DNA of 64,000 nucleotides. Origin: an uncultured bacterium (lineage in GTDB: Bacteria; Sysuimicrobiota; Sysuimicrobiia; Sysuimicrobiales; Sysuimicrobiaceae). Shown here in pieces: positions 25,473-34,584 of the stretch (positions are counted from its first letter, which is position 1; each line of letters begins with the position of its first letter). The DNA lies in the NCBI GenBank assembly GCA_964437095.1, contig CAYTFH010000014.1, forward strand, positions 1,428-65,427, given 5' to 3'. The notes beneath the pieces are model-generated. The model had not been told where the DNA came from and ran no database searches. It worked only from the letters and a program-made list of their open reading frames with translations. A program made the translations under genes and the position numbers.

Positions 25473-27242
25473 TCACGGGAACCCGCCCCGCGCGGCGCCC
25501 GCGGAGGGCACCCGCGCCCAGGCCCGGTACCAGGAGGTGATGGGCAGCCGGCGGTCGCGGCCGAAGGCCTTGGGCGTGATCTTGACCCCCGGCGGAGCCT
25601 GGCGGCGCTTGTACTCGCTGAGGTCCACCATGCGCACCACCTTGGCCACCGTGTCGGGGTCGAAGCCCAAGCGCACGATGTCTTCCGGCGGGGTGTCGTG
25701 CTCCACGTACAGCTCCAGGATGGGGTCCAGGACCTCGTAGGGCGGCAGGGCCTCCTGGTCCGTCTGCCCCGGCCGCAGCTCCGCGGTGGGCGGTCGGGTC
25801 AGCACGCCCTCGGGGATCACCGGCTGCCGCTCGTTGCGCCAGCGCGCCAGGGCGTACACCAACGTCTTGGGCACGTCCTTCAGGACCGCGAACCCGCCCG
25901 CCATGTCGCCGTACAGGGTGGCGTATCCCACGCTGAGCTCGCTCTTGTTCCCCGTGGTGAGCACGATCCCCCCCAGCTTGTTGGTGAGGGCCATGAGGTA
26001 GTTGCCCCGGATGCGCGCCTGCAGGTTCTCCTCCGTGACGTCGGGCGCAAGACCCTCGAAGGCGGGCCGCAGGGCTTCCAGGTAGGCTTCGAAGGGCCCG
26101 CGGATGGGCAGGACCAGGAGGCGGATGTTGAGGTTCCGGGCCAGCTCCTCCGCGTACCGCACGCTCTCGGGGGCGGTGTACGGGGACGGCATGGACACCC
26201 CCACCACCGCCTCCGGCCCCAGGGCGTCCGCAGCCACGGTGGCCACCAAAGAAGAGTCCACCCCTCCGGACAGCCCCACGAACACCTGCCGGAACCCGTT
26301 CTTGCGCACGTAGTCCCGGGTGCCCACCACCAGGGCCCGGTACACCTCCTCCAGGTCCGGCAGGGGCTCCGCCACCACGGGCGGGGCCGGCGTGGACGGC
26401 TCCCGCAGGGACACCTCCACGGGGATGGTGGGACACAGGGACACGTCCCCCACGGGGAACCGCTCCGACTCGTCCACCCCGGTGCGCCGCGCCCGCTGGC
26501 GCCGGGCCGCGGCCACGTCCAGGTCGCACACCAGCAGCGCCTCCTCGAACTGCGGGGCCCGGGCCAGGATGCGCCCGTTGTGGTCCACCACCACGCTGTC
26601 CCCGTCGAAGACCAGCTCGTCCTGCCCGCCCACCAGGTTCACGTAGCACACCATCACCCCGCAGTCCCGGGCCCGGGTTCGGAGCATCTCCTCCCGCTCC
26701 CGCCACTTGCCCCGGTGGTACGGCGAGCCGTTGATGTTGAACACCACCAGGGCCCCGGCTCGGGCCTGCACCGCACAAGGCCCGTCGGGGAACCAGATGT
26801 CCTCGCAGATGTTCACCGCCACGGGCACGTCGCCCAGGAGGAACACGGGAGCCTGCTGGCCGGGGGCGAAGTAGCGCTTCTCGTCGAACACGCCGTAGTT
26901 GGGCAGCAGGCGCTTGTGGTACACGGCCTGGACCCGCCCGCCCGCGCACACCGCGGCGGCGTTGTACAGGTAGTTGGCGCGATCCGCGAACCCCACCACC
27001 GCTACTACGTCGGTGGCGTGCCGTGCCACCTCCTGCACCGCGGCCAGGTTGGCCTCCACGAAGTCCGGCTTGAGCAGCAGGTCCTCCGGCGGGTAGCCGG
27101 GGATGGCCAGCTCGGGGAACAGCACCACGTGGGCCTGCGCCTGGCGCGCCCGGTGGAGGTACTCCACCACGCGGCGCACGTTCCCCTCCAGGTCCCCCAC
27201 CACGGGGTTGATCTGGGCCAAGGCCACCTGCAGGGTCCGCAT
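25473..27242 (-). CDS. nadE: glutamine-dependent NAD+ synthetase (nitrilase + synthetase domains)
   Basis: The 589-aa product has an N-terminal CN-hydrolase domain (VALAQINPVVGDLEGN...FPELAIPGYPPEDL...ICEDIW) and a C-terminal NAD synthetase domain (GLSGGVDSS). Confidence 0.92.
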   Translation of the reverse strand: MRTLQVALAQINPVVGDLEGNVRRVVEYLHRARQAQAHVVLFPELAIPGYPPEDLLLKPDFVEANLAAVQEVARHATDVVAVVGFADRANYLYNAAAVCAGGRVQAVYHKRLLPNYGVFDEKRYFAPGQQAPVFLLGDVPVAVNICEDIWFPDGPCAVQARAGALVVFNINGSPYHRGKWREREEMLRTRARDCGVMVCYVNLVGGQDELVFDGDSVVVDHNGRILARAPQFEEALLVCDLDVAAARRQRARRTGVDESERFPVGDVSLCPTIPVEVSLREPSTPAPPVVAEPLPDLEEVYRALVVGTRDYVRKNGFRQVFVGLSGGVDSSLVATVAADALGPEAVVGVSMPSPYTAPESVRYAEELARNLNIRLLVLPIRGPFEAYLEALRPAFEGLAPDVTEENLQARIRGNYLMALTNKLGGIVLTTGNKSELSVGYATLYGDMAGGFAVLKDVPKTLVYALARWRNERQPVIPEGVLTRPPTAELRPGQTDQEALPPYEVLDPILELYVEHDTPPEDIVRLGFDPDTVAKVVRMVDLSEYKRRQAPPGVKITPKAFGRDRRLPITSWYRAWARVPSAGAARGGFP

Positions 27243-27324
27243 CCTCTACACCCCCGGTCGGTCCAACCGGCTCGGTGGGCGTACCTTATACCAGTATCCC
27301 GCCCCCGTGGCCCGCGCGGAAGGG

Positions 27325-28695
27325 TCAGCGGACCTGCCGCAACTCGTGCAGGAACCGGATCACCGCCTCCACCCCGCCCCACAGCAGCGGCAAGCTCACC
27401 TTCTCGTTGGGCGCGTGGAGGTTGTCGTCGGGAAGCCCGAACCCGGTCACCACCACGGGCTGGCCGAGCACGCGGCTAAAGAGGTCCACCACGGGCACCG
27501 ACCCGCCCGCCCGCACGAACCGGGCGGGCGCTCCGTAGGTGGCGCTCCACGCCCGCGCCGCGGCCTGTACCGCGGGCTCTGTTGGGGAGACCACCCACGG
27601 GCGGCCCGTGTGCAGCTTGCGGACCGTGACCTCGTAGGCCGGGTGCGCGTGGCGCAGCAGGTACCGCTCGAAGGCCCGGTACACGCGGTCCGGGTTCTGG
27701 TCCGGCACCAGGCGCATGCTCACCTTGGCCACACACCGGCTGGGCAGCACCGTTTTGGCGCCGGGGCCGCTGAAACCTCCCCCCATGCCGTGGATCTCCA
27801 GGGTGGGCCGGACCCACAGCCGCTCCAAGAGGGAGTACCCTTCTTCCCCCACCAGCCCCCGCGCACCGATGCTGCGGGCGAAGTCCTCTTCCCGAACGGG
27901 CAGAGACCGCCACGCGGCCCGCTCCTCCTCGGAGGGCTCCCGCACCGGCTTGTAGAACCCGGGGATGCGCACCCGGCCGTGGCGGTCCCGCAGGGACGCC
28001 AGCAGCCGGACCATCTCGTGGAACGGGTTCGGGGCCGCACCGCCGAAGGTGCCGGAGTGGAGGTCGCTGGACGGCCCGCGGATCTCCACCTCCGTGTACA
28101 GGATGCCCCGCAGCCCCACGGTGATGGACGGAACCCCGGGCTGGACGAACCCCGAGTCCATCACCAAGGCGCAGTCCGCGCGCAGGCGCCGCCGGTGGCG
28201 GGGCACGTAGCGGGTGATCTCGTCGCCGCTGCTCTCCTCCTCGCCCTCCACCAGCACCTTCACGTTCACGGGCAGGCCGTCCGTGGCCAGCAGGCTCTCC
28301 AGGGCCTTCAGGGTAGCGAACACGTGCCCCTTGTCGTCCGAAGCCCCCCGGGCGTACAGGTTGTCGCCCCGCACCGTGGGCTGGAAGGGCGGGGTCTCCC
28401 ACAACTCCAGAGGGTCCGCGGGCTGCACGTCGTAGTGCCCGTAGACCAGCACCGTGGGCGCGGACGGCAGGCCCACCCACTCGCCGTACACCAGGGGGTG
28501 TCGCCGCTGGGACGGGATCACCTCCACACGCTGCAGGCCCGCCTGGCGCATGCGGTCCGCCAGCCACCGGGCCGCCCTCTCGCAGTCGGGCCCGTGTTCC
28601 GGCAGGGTGCTCACGCTGGGGATGGCCAGCCACTCCTTGAGTTCCTCCAGGAAGGCCGCACGGCGCTCCCTGGCGTACGCCATGGCGCGTTCCAT
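27325..28695 (-). CDS. M20-family dipeptidase / peptidase
   Basis: Taken from ORF 27325..28737. The motifs are IPSVS....H......A..WLA, VLVYGHYDVQP, RGASDDKG and VEGEEESSG. The start was placed at ATG 28695 (MERAMAY), with GGAGG 6 nt upstream. Confidence 0.85.
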   Translation of the reverse strand: MERAMAYARERRAAFLEELKEWLAIPSVSTLPEHGPDCERAARWLADRMRQAGLQRVEVIPSQRRHPLVYGEWVGLPSAPTVLVYGHYDVQPADPLELWETPPFQPTVRGDNLYARGASDDKGHVFATLKALESLLATDGLPVNVKVLVEGEEESSGDEITRYVPRHRRRLRADCALVMDSGFVQPGVPSITVGLRGILYTEVEIRGPSSDLHSGTFGGAAPNPFHEMVRLLASLRDRHGRVRIPGFYKPVREPSEEERAAWRSLPVREEDFARSIGARGLVGEEGYSLLERLWVRPTLEIHGMGGGFSGPGAKTVLPSRCVAKVSMRLVPDQNPDRVYRAFERYLLRHAHPAYEVTVRKLHTGRPWVVSPTEPAVQAAARAWSATYGAPARFVRAGGSVPVVDLFSRVLGQPVVVTGFGLPDDNLHAPNEKVSLPLLWGGVEAVIRFLHELRQVR

Positions 28696-28850
28696 CGGAA
28701 GCCTCCAGAGGGGAGGTAGGGGCCGGGCCGCACCCAACCCACCTACCTGTACGACCCTGCTGGTCCGGAACCCTGCCGGGCCGCGGTATCATGGGTTCCA
28801 GCTGGCCCCGGCGCGGGCTCGGCGGGCCAGCTCCACGCCGGAGGGGAAAC

Positions 28851-29921
28851 ATGGACCGCCTGTTGGAAATGTTTCGGGAACTCACGGAAGCGCCGGGCGT
28901 TCCGGGCTTCGAGGGGCCCGTGCGGGCGGTGCTGCGCAAGTACCTCAGCCCCCTGGGCGAGATCCTGCAGGACCGGCTGGGCAGCCTGGTGGCCCGCAAG
29001 GAAGGCACCAGCCCCCAGCCCAAGGTGATGGTGGCTGGGCACATGGACGAGATCGGATTCCTGGTCACCCGCATCACCGAGGAGGGCTACCTGAAGTTCC
29101 AGACCCTGGGGGGCTGGTGGTCGCAGGTGATGCTGGCGCAGCGGGTACGGGTGTGGACCCGGCAGGGGCCCGTGCTGGGGGTGATCGGCAGCAAGCCGCC
29201 CCACCTGCTGGAAGAGGAGGAGCGCAAGAAGCCCGTGGAGCCCAAGGACATGTACATCGACGTGGGGGCGGCAAGCCGCGAGGAAGCGGAGCGGTTCGGC
29301 ACCCGGCCCGGCGACCCCGTGGTCCCTGACTCGCCCTTCACCGTCCTGCACAACCCCAAGCTCCTGCTGGCCAAGGCCTGGGACAACCGGTTCGGGTGCG
29401 CCGCGGTGGTGGAGATCCTGCGGGCGCTCCAGGAAGAGCCCCACCCCAACACGGTGTACGGGGTGGCCAGCGTTCAGGAGGAGGTCGGGCTGCGGGGCGC
29501 CCAGACCGCCTCCCACCTGGTGCAGCCGGACGTGGGCATCGCCCTGGACACGGGGATCGCGGGAGACACGCCGGGGGTGAAGCCCGACGAGGCGCAGGGC
29601 AAGCTCGGGAAGGGCCCCGTGATCCTTCTGTACGACGCCACCATGATCCCCCACGTGCGCCTTCGGGACCTGGTGGTGGAGACCGCGGAGGCGGAGGGGA
29701 TCCCCTACCAGTTCGACCGGGTGGCCCGGGGTGGCACGGACGCGGGCCGCATCCACACCTTCGGGGTGGGCGCGCCGTCCATCGTCATCGGGGCACCCGT
29801 GCGGTACATCCACAGCCACAACGCGGTGCTGCACCGCGACGACTTCGACAACACGGTTCGCCTAGTGACCGCCGTGATCCGGCGGCTGGACGCGGCCACG
29901 TGGCAGCGCCTGGTGGCGTGA
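28851..29921 (+). CDS. M42-family metallo-aminopeptidase
   Basis: ATG 28851 gives MDRLLEMFRELTEAPGVPGFEGPVR. Later motifs are MVAGHMDEIGFLV, AKAWDNRFGCA, QEEVGLRGA and TD. Confidence 0.88.
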   Translation: MDRLLEMFRELTEAPGVPGFEGPVRAVLRKYLSPLGEILQDRLGSLVARKEGTSPQPKVMVAGHMDEIGFLVTRITEEGYLKFQTLGGWWSQVMLAQRVRVWTRQGPVLGVIGSKPPHLLEEEERKKPVEPKDMYIDVGAASREEAERFGTRPGDPVVPDSPFTVLHNPKLLLAKAWDNRFGCAAVVEILRALQEEPHPNTVYGVASVQEEVGLRGAQTASHLVQPDVGIALDTGIAGDTPGVKPDEAQGKLGKGPVILLYDATMIPHVRLRDLVVETAEAEGIPYQFDRVARGGTDAGRIHTFGVGAPSIVIGAPVRYIHSHNAVLHRDDFDNTVRLVTAVIRRLDAATWQRLVA

Positions 29922-30748
29922 TGGCGGGTCCAGTTTGGCTGGCGCGGTTGGCCACCGCGGATAGCCGCCGGCGGTTCGGCCGGTACCTGCTGCTGGCGTG
30001 CGCCGCGGGGTTCGGCACCACCGGGGGGCTGTTGGGCTGGGACCGGTGGTTCTTCTGGGCCATGCTGTGGGGGGCGGGGGTGTTCGCGCCGCTGCGGCTG
30101 GCTACGGAACTCCTCGGAGCCAAGGGGCAGCGGGTGCGGCAGGCCTTCCGGGACCACTTCCCCGACCGCGTCACGCCTGGCAACCTGCCCCTGGTGGCGC
30201 AAGGGGTCTACGAGCGGGACGTCCTCATGCCCCGCATCGTCACCCCGCCGTACGCCACCAAGGTCCAGGAAACCGTGGTGGCCGTGGGGAAGGCGGCCTT
30301 CGCACGGCCCGACCCCGGGGAGGTGCTGCGCCGCGCCGCCGCACAGCTGGTGAGCGTGGCCGACGGGTGGATGGCGGAGATGCGGGCGCAGCGGGAAGCC
30401 GACCCCACATCCACCAACATCCAGGCCCGCTGGCAGGAGGTGCGGTCCCTGGCGGTGCTGGCGGCCACCGCCCGGGTGCTGGTGGCCCTGTCGGAGGAGC
30501 TGTCCGGGCAGCCCTTCCACGCACCCGGGCTGGACGCCCAGAACGTACGGGCATTCTTGGAGGACGCCCTGGCGTACCTGGACCGGGCGGCTCTGGACCC
30601 GGACGTCCCCCCGTGGACCGGCGTGCTGCCGGGCGTGTGGACCGCGGAGGTGCAGGAGCTGCGGAGGCGGTGGGACGCCTACCTGGAGGTCACGGGGCCC
30701 GCGGCCTCCCGGCTGGCGGCGGTGGTGGAGGAGCTGGTGCAGCCGTGA
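29921..30748 (+). CDS. hypothetical membrane protein (275 aa)
   Basis: ATG 29921 overlaps the M42 stop (TGATG). It has two N-terminal TM helices (YLLLACAAGFGTTGGLLGW, FWAMLWGAGVFAPL) and then a helical soluble region. I recognised no family. Confidence 0.6.
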   Translation: MAGPVWLARLATADSRRRFGRYLLLACAAGFGTTGGLLGWDRWFFWAMLWGAGVFAPLRLATELLGAKGQRVRQAFRDHFPDRVTPGNLPLVAQGVYERDVLMPRIVTPPYATKVQETVVAVGKAAFARPDPGEVLRRAAAQLVSVADGWMAEMRAQREADPTSTNIQARWQEVRSLAVLAATARVLVALSEELSGQPFHAPGLDAQNVRAFLEDALAYLDRAALDPDVPPWTGVLPGVWTAEVQELRRRWDAYLEVTGPAASRLAAVVEELVQP

Positions 30749-31707
30749 CCCTGTTCCTCACGGAGTCTGAGGTGGCGTCCCTGGTGACGGTGGCGGAGCT
30801 GGTGGACGCCCTGGAAGCCGCCTTCCGCGACAAATCCGCGGGACGGGCGGTGAACGTCCCCCGGGCCCGCGCGGCCCTGCCTTCCGGCACGGTACTGCAC
30901 GTGATGTCCGCGGCGTGGGCGTCCGCAGGCGTCCTCGGCCTCAAGGCGTACACCACCACCCGGGCGGGCGGCCGGTTCCTGGTCCTCCTCTACGACGAGG
31001 CAGGCAGGTTGCTGAGCCTCATGCAGGCGGACACCCTGGGCCAGCGCCGCACGGGCGCGGCCACGGGACTCGCGACCCGGCACCTGAGCCGGCCGGACTC
31101 CCGCACGGTGGCGGTGTTGGGTACGGGCTGGCAGGCGCGCACGCAGCTGGAAGCGGTGTGCGCGGTGCGGCCGGTCCAGGAGGCGCGGGTCTACAGCCGG
31201 ACGCCCGAGCGGCGGGAGCGCTTCGCAAAGGAGATGCAGCGCGCCCTGGACGTGGCCGTGCGGGCCACCTCCTCCGCGGAGGAGGCGGTCCGTGACGCGG
31301 ACGCGGTGTGCACCATCACCACGTCCCGGGAGCCCGTGCTGCTGGGCCGGTGGCTGAGGCCGGGCGTGCACGTGAACGCCGCGGGGTCCAACTGGGCCCA
31401 CCGCCGGGAGCTGGACGGGGAGGCGGTGGCCCGCGCGGACCGCGTGGTGGTGGACGACTTACCCCAGGCCAGGGTGGAGTGCGGGGACTTGATCCAGGCT
31501 GCGGCGGAAGGTCTGTTCGACTGGTCCCGCGCGGTGGAGCTGGCGGACGTGGTGGCGGGCAACGCCCCGGGCCGCACCGCCGCCGAAGAGGTCACGCTGT
31601 TCTGCTCCCAGGGGGTGGCCCTGGAGGACGTGGTGGCCGCACGCCTGGTGTACGAACGCGCCCGGGCCCAGGGTGTGGGCCGCGAGCTCGACCTGGCGGT
31701 TTTGTGA
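30745..31707 (+). CDS. ornithine cyclodeaminase / mu-crystallin family protein
   Basis: GTG 30745 forms a GTGA overlap with the previous stop. The motifs are LGLKAYT, TLGQRRTGAATGLATRHL, VAVLGTGWQARTQL, NAAGSN and FCSQGVALEDV. Confidence 0.85.
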   Translation: MTLFLTESEVASLVTVAELVDALEAAFRDKSAGRAVNVPRARAALPSGTVLHVMSAAWASAGVLGLKAYTTTRAGGRFLVLLYDEAGRLLSLMQADTLGQRRTGAATGLATRHLSRPDSRTVAVLGTGWQARTQLEAVCAVRPVQEARVYSRTPERRERFAKEMQRALDVAVRATSSAEEAVRDADAVCTITTSREPVLLGRWLRPGVHVNAAGSNWAHRRELDGEAVARADRVVVDDLPQARVECGDLIQAAAEGLFDWSRAVELADVVAGNAPGRTAAEEVTLFCSQGVALEDVVAARLVYERARAQGVGRELDLAVL

Positions 31708-32408
31708 CGTCCCGCGTGGCGAACGAAGTGCAGGCGTCCGAGGTGGTGGTCCTCGGAGGTGGGTGCTACGGCTGCTACCACGCCCGACAGCTGCTCAAGG
31801 CCATGGAACGGGGTCGTCTGCGGTGCGGGCGGCTGGTGGTGCTAGACCGAAACCCCCACTGCCGGGCGCGCGCGGAGCTCGGGGGCTTTGTGGAGCTGGT
31901 CACCGCCCCGTGGGTGGACTACCTGGTGGACTACGTGCCCACAGCGCCCGAGGACGCGCAGCTGGTGCCCGCGCCCTTCGCTCCCCACGTCCTCGCAGAG
32001 TGGCTGGTGGCCTCCCTGGAGCGGCTCCGCCCGGACGTGCGGGTGCGCTGCGAGCCCCTGTCCGGCTCCTACCCCTTGCCCTACGACGTCACGGTCCAGC
32101 ACCGCCGGTACGTGAGCGAGGCGGCGTGGCGCTGCCCGGCCACCTGCCCGGAGCCGGACGTGTGCCCCGCCACCCGCCACGCCCGCACGTGGGACCTGGG
32201 CCGGACGGTGCAACGGTACTCCCATATCCCCGTGCTCGCCTTCCGGTGCCTGCACTGGGTGTTCGGGGTGGGCACCGTGCCCGTACGGGACCTGCAGCGA
32301 GCTCTGAGCGCCCTCGCTGAGCAAGCGAAGCCCGGCAGCCGCACGAACGTGCTCACCGCTTCCCGCTGCCACGGGGTGGGGACGTGTTTTGTGGTGGAGG
32401 CGGTTTGA
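31704..32408 (+). CDS. hypothetical Cys-rich protein with N-terminal Rossmann-like GGGxxG (234 aa)
   Basis: GTG 31704 forms a GTGA overlap with the OCD stop. It has VVVLGGGCYGCYHARQLL and later WRCPATCPEPDVCPATRHARTWDL. I recognised no family. Confidence 0.6.
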   Translation: MTSRVANEVQASEVVVLGGGCYGCYHARQLLKAMERGRLRCGRLVVLDRNPHCRARAELGGFVELVTAPWVDYLVDYVPTAPEDAQLVPAPFAPHVLAEWLVASLERLRPDVRVRCEPLSGSYPLPYDVTVQHRRYVSEAAWRCPATCPEPDVCPATRHARTWDLGRTVQRYSHIPVLAFRCLHWVFGVGTVPVRDLQRALSALAEQAKPGSRTNVLTASRCHGVGTCFVVEAV

Positions 32409-32442
32409 CCGTCGGCGATCCACCGAACAAGGAGGGAAGGCC

Positions 32443-33900
32443 GTGCGCGTTTCGGTTTCCAACCGGCCGTGGAGCAAGGTGGCGTGTGACGTCCTGGCGG
32501 TGCCGGTGCGCGCCCCTGAACCTCTCGCGGGGCTAGAGGCCCTGGACCGCGCCCTGGACGGCTGGCTGCGGGAGGCAGCGCAGCTGGACCGGTTCCAGGG
32601 CAAGCGGGAGGCGGTCCTGCAGGTGTTCACCCACGGGCGCCTTCCCACGCCCCGGGTGCTGCTGGTGGGAACGGGCACCGAGCAGGACCCCCTGCAGGCG
32701 GCCCGCCGGGCTGCCGCGGCGGCCGCCCGCCACGCGCAGGGCCTGGGGGCTAGGCGGCTCGCCCTCTGGCCCGGCGCCCTGCCCGCCACCGCGGAGGTGG
32801 CAGAAGCCCTGGCCGAGGGCGCCCTGCTGGGCGCGTACCGCTACACCCGGTACAAGACCCCGGACACCCCGGCCCTGGAGTCGGTGGAGGTGTTGGGGGT
32901 GGCCGGGGCGGCCGCCGCGGTGGCCCGGGCTCAGCTCCTGGCCCAGGCCACCTGGTTCGCCCGCGACCTGGTCAACGGCCCGCCCAACGAGGTGCACCCG
33001 CTCTTTTTGGCCCGCACCGCACGGCGCATGGCCAGGGAGCTCGGGCTGCGGGTCCGCGTGCTCGGCCCTGCCGAACTCCGGCGCATGGGAGCCGGGGCCA
33101 TCCTGGCCGTGGGCGCGGGCAGCCGCCAGCCCCCGCAGATGATCGTGCTGGACTACCGCCCGCCCCGGGCCCGGCGCACGTACGCCCTGGTGGGCAAGGG
33201 CGTCACCTTCGACGCGGGCGGGTTGGACATCAAGAGCCACGAGGGCATGCAGACCATGAAGTCGGACATGGCGGGCGCGGCCGCGGTGCTGGCGTGCTTC
33301 CGCGCCCTGCCCGCCCTGGGGGTCCCGCACCGGGTGGTGGGGGTGGTGGGCGCGGTGGAGAACCTGTTGGGGGAGGCGGCCTTCAAGCCCGGGGACATCC
33401 TCCGCACCCTGGACGGCCAGACCGTGGAGATCACCAACACGGACGCGGAAGGCCGCGTGGTGCTGGCGGACTGTCTCGCGTACGCGCAGCGCTACCGGCC
33501 GGACGCGGTGGTGGACCTCGCCACCCTCACGGGAGCGGCCATGGTGGCCCTGGGCTTCCACGCGGCGGCCGTTCTGGGCAACGACCGCGCCCTCATGGAC
33601 GCCCTGGTACGCGCGGGGGCCCGGTCCGGGGAACGACTGTGGGAGCTGCCCCTGTACGACGAGTTCGTGGAGGCCATGCGCAGCGAGGTGGCGGACCTGA
33701 AGAACTCCGGAGGCCGGTACGGCGGAGCCCAGAAGGGGGCCGCCTTCCTCAGCCGGTTCGTGAAGGACCGTCCGTGGGCCCACCTGGACATCGCGGGGGT
33801 CGCGTTCCTGGACGGCCAGGAAGGCCAGGCGCCCCACCTGCCCAAGGGCGCCACGGGCTTCGGCGTGCGGACGCTCCTGCGGTGGCTGCGGGAGGCGTAG
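32443..33900 (+). CDS. pepA: leucyl aminopeptidase (M17)
   Basis: The start is GTG 32443, with AAGGAGGG upstream. The motifs are VGKGVTFDAGGLDIK, MKSDMAGAA and NTDAEGRVVLAD. Confidence 0.9.
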   Translation: MRVSVSNRPWSKVACDVLAVPVRAPEPLAGLEALDRALDGWLREAAQLDRFQGKREAVLQVFTHGRLPTPRVLLVGTGTEQDPLQAARRAAAAAARHAQGLGARRLALWPGALPATAEVAEALAEGALLGAYRYTRYKTPDTPALESVEVLGVAGAAAAVARAQLLAQATWFARDLVNGPPNEVHPLFLARTARRMARELGLRVRVLGPAELRRMGAGAILAVGAGSRQPPQMIVLDYRPPRARRTYALVGKGVTFDAGGLDIKSHEGMQTMKSDMAGAAAVLACFRALPALGVPHRVVGVVGAVENLLGEAAFKPGDILRTLDGQTVEITNTDAEGRVVLADCLAYAQRYRPDAVVDLATLTGAAMVALGFHAAAVLGNDRALMDALVRAGARSGERLWELPLYDEFVEAMRSEVADLKNSGGRYGGAQKGAAFLSRFVKDRPWAHLDIAGVAFLDGQEGQAPHLPKGATGFGVRTLLRWLREA

Positions 33901-33901
33901 G

Positions 33902-34153
33902 GTGGCCCGCAACGCCTGGGTGGACGCGGCCGGCTGGCTCGGCGCGGCCGCGTTGCTGTTCGCGTACTTCCTGGTGGCCAGCCGCCGCGTCCACGGCGGG
34001 AGCGTGTTCTACCACGGGCTGAACGCCGCGGGCAGCGTGCTGCTGGGTATCAACAGCCTGTACTACGGGGCCGTCCCCTCCGCCTTCGTGAACGCCGTGT
34101 GGCTCGCCATCGCCCTGTACGGCGCCACCCGCGGAGCGCGCGCCGTCCGGTAG
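33902..34153 (+). CDS. small 3-TM membrane protein
   Basis: The 83-aa product has a GTG start and reads WLGAAALLFAYFLVAS....GSVFYHGLNAAGSVLLGINSLYYGAVPSAFVNAVWLAIALYG. It resembles a conserved small-membrane-protein family. Confidence 0.7.
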   Translation: MARNAWVDAAGWLGAAALLFAYFLVASRRVHGGSVFYHGLNAAGSVLLGINSLYYGAVPSAFVNAVWLAIALYGATRGARAVR

Positions 34154-34584
34154 GACACCACCGCCGCGTCCACGTGGGAGAACAAGGGCGCCAGGCCCGT
34201 CAGGGCCCGGCGGATAGCGGTATGCATCCCGTCCTCAAAACGGGTGGGGCTGCGGGGATCGTAGGTCGCCGCCGGGACGCCGCGCGCCCCCGCCGTGATC
34301 CGTCGCGAGCGAGGCTCGGACCTGTGCCGAAGTGGGCGATCAGGGGAGCAGCCCCTGGGGGGTACGGACCGAGCCACAGGGCATCACTTCCAAGCGCACT
34401 GGCACCGCGGGCCGCCCCTCCGCGGTCCGACCCCTGCCCCGGTGGGTCGGTGCTCGCCCCCCGGGCGGTCCTGCCCCCGCGGTGGAAAGCCCTGTGGGCG
34501 GAAGCCTACACTGACAGACGAAGCGGCCCTGCGGGACGGAGGCAGGCCGCGCCCCCAGGCGGGACCCCAAGGAGGCAGACGAAC

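Noticed and set aside
27243-27324. A possible extended -10 (TGGTATAAG, minus strand) upstream of nadE.
   Set aside because: There is no acceptable -35 element at proper spacing, and the gap may simply be read through from the upstream M20 peptidase gene. This is too weak to report as a feature.
34185-34225. GTCAGGGCCCGGCGGATAGCGG resembles the SRP/4.5S RNA domain IV motif (GUCAGGUCCGGAAGGAAGCAGC).
   Set aside because: The GNRA tetraloop and the symmetric-loop nucleotides are not conserved (GGCG instead of GGAA). No flanking helix 5/8 pairing could be built.
34206-34276. An 8-bp helix (CCCGGCGG/CCGCCGGG) encloses a 5-bp stem with the 7-nt loop CCUCAAA, which contains UCA. This superficially resembles tRNA-Sec, right next to the candidate selenoprotein gene.
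   Set aside because: There is no D-arm pairing and no T-arm or TTCGAAT-like loop. Position 33 of the loop is C rather than U, and the spacing is incompatible with any tRNA cloverleaf on either strand.
34063-34377. A minus-strand 104-aa ORF with a protein-like stretch (FEDGMHTAIRRALTGLAPLFSHVDAAVV).
   Set aside because: It overlaps the well-supported plus-strand membrane-protein gene (33902..34153), has no RBS, and I recognised no family. I treat it as a GC-driven shadow ORF or, at most, a gene relic.
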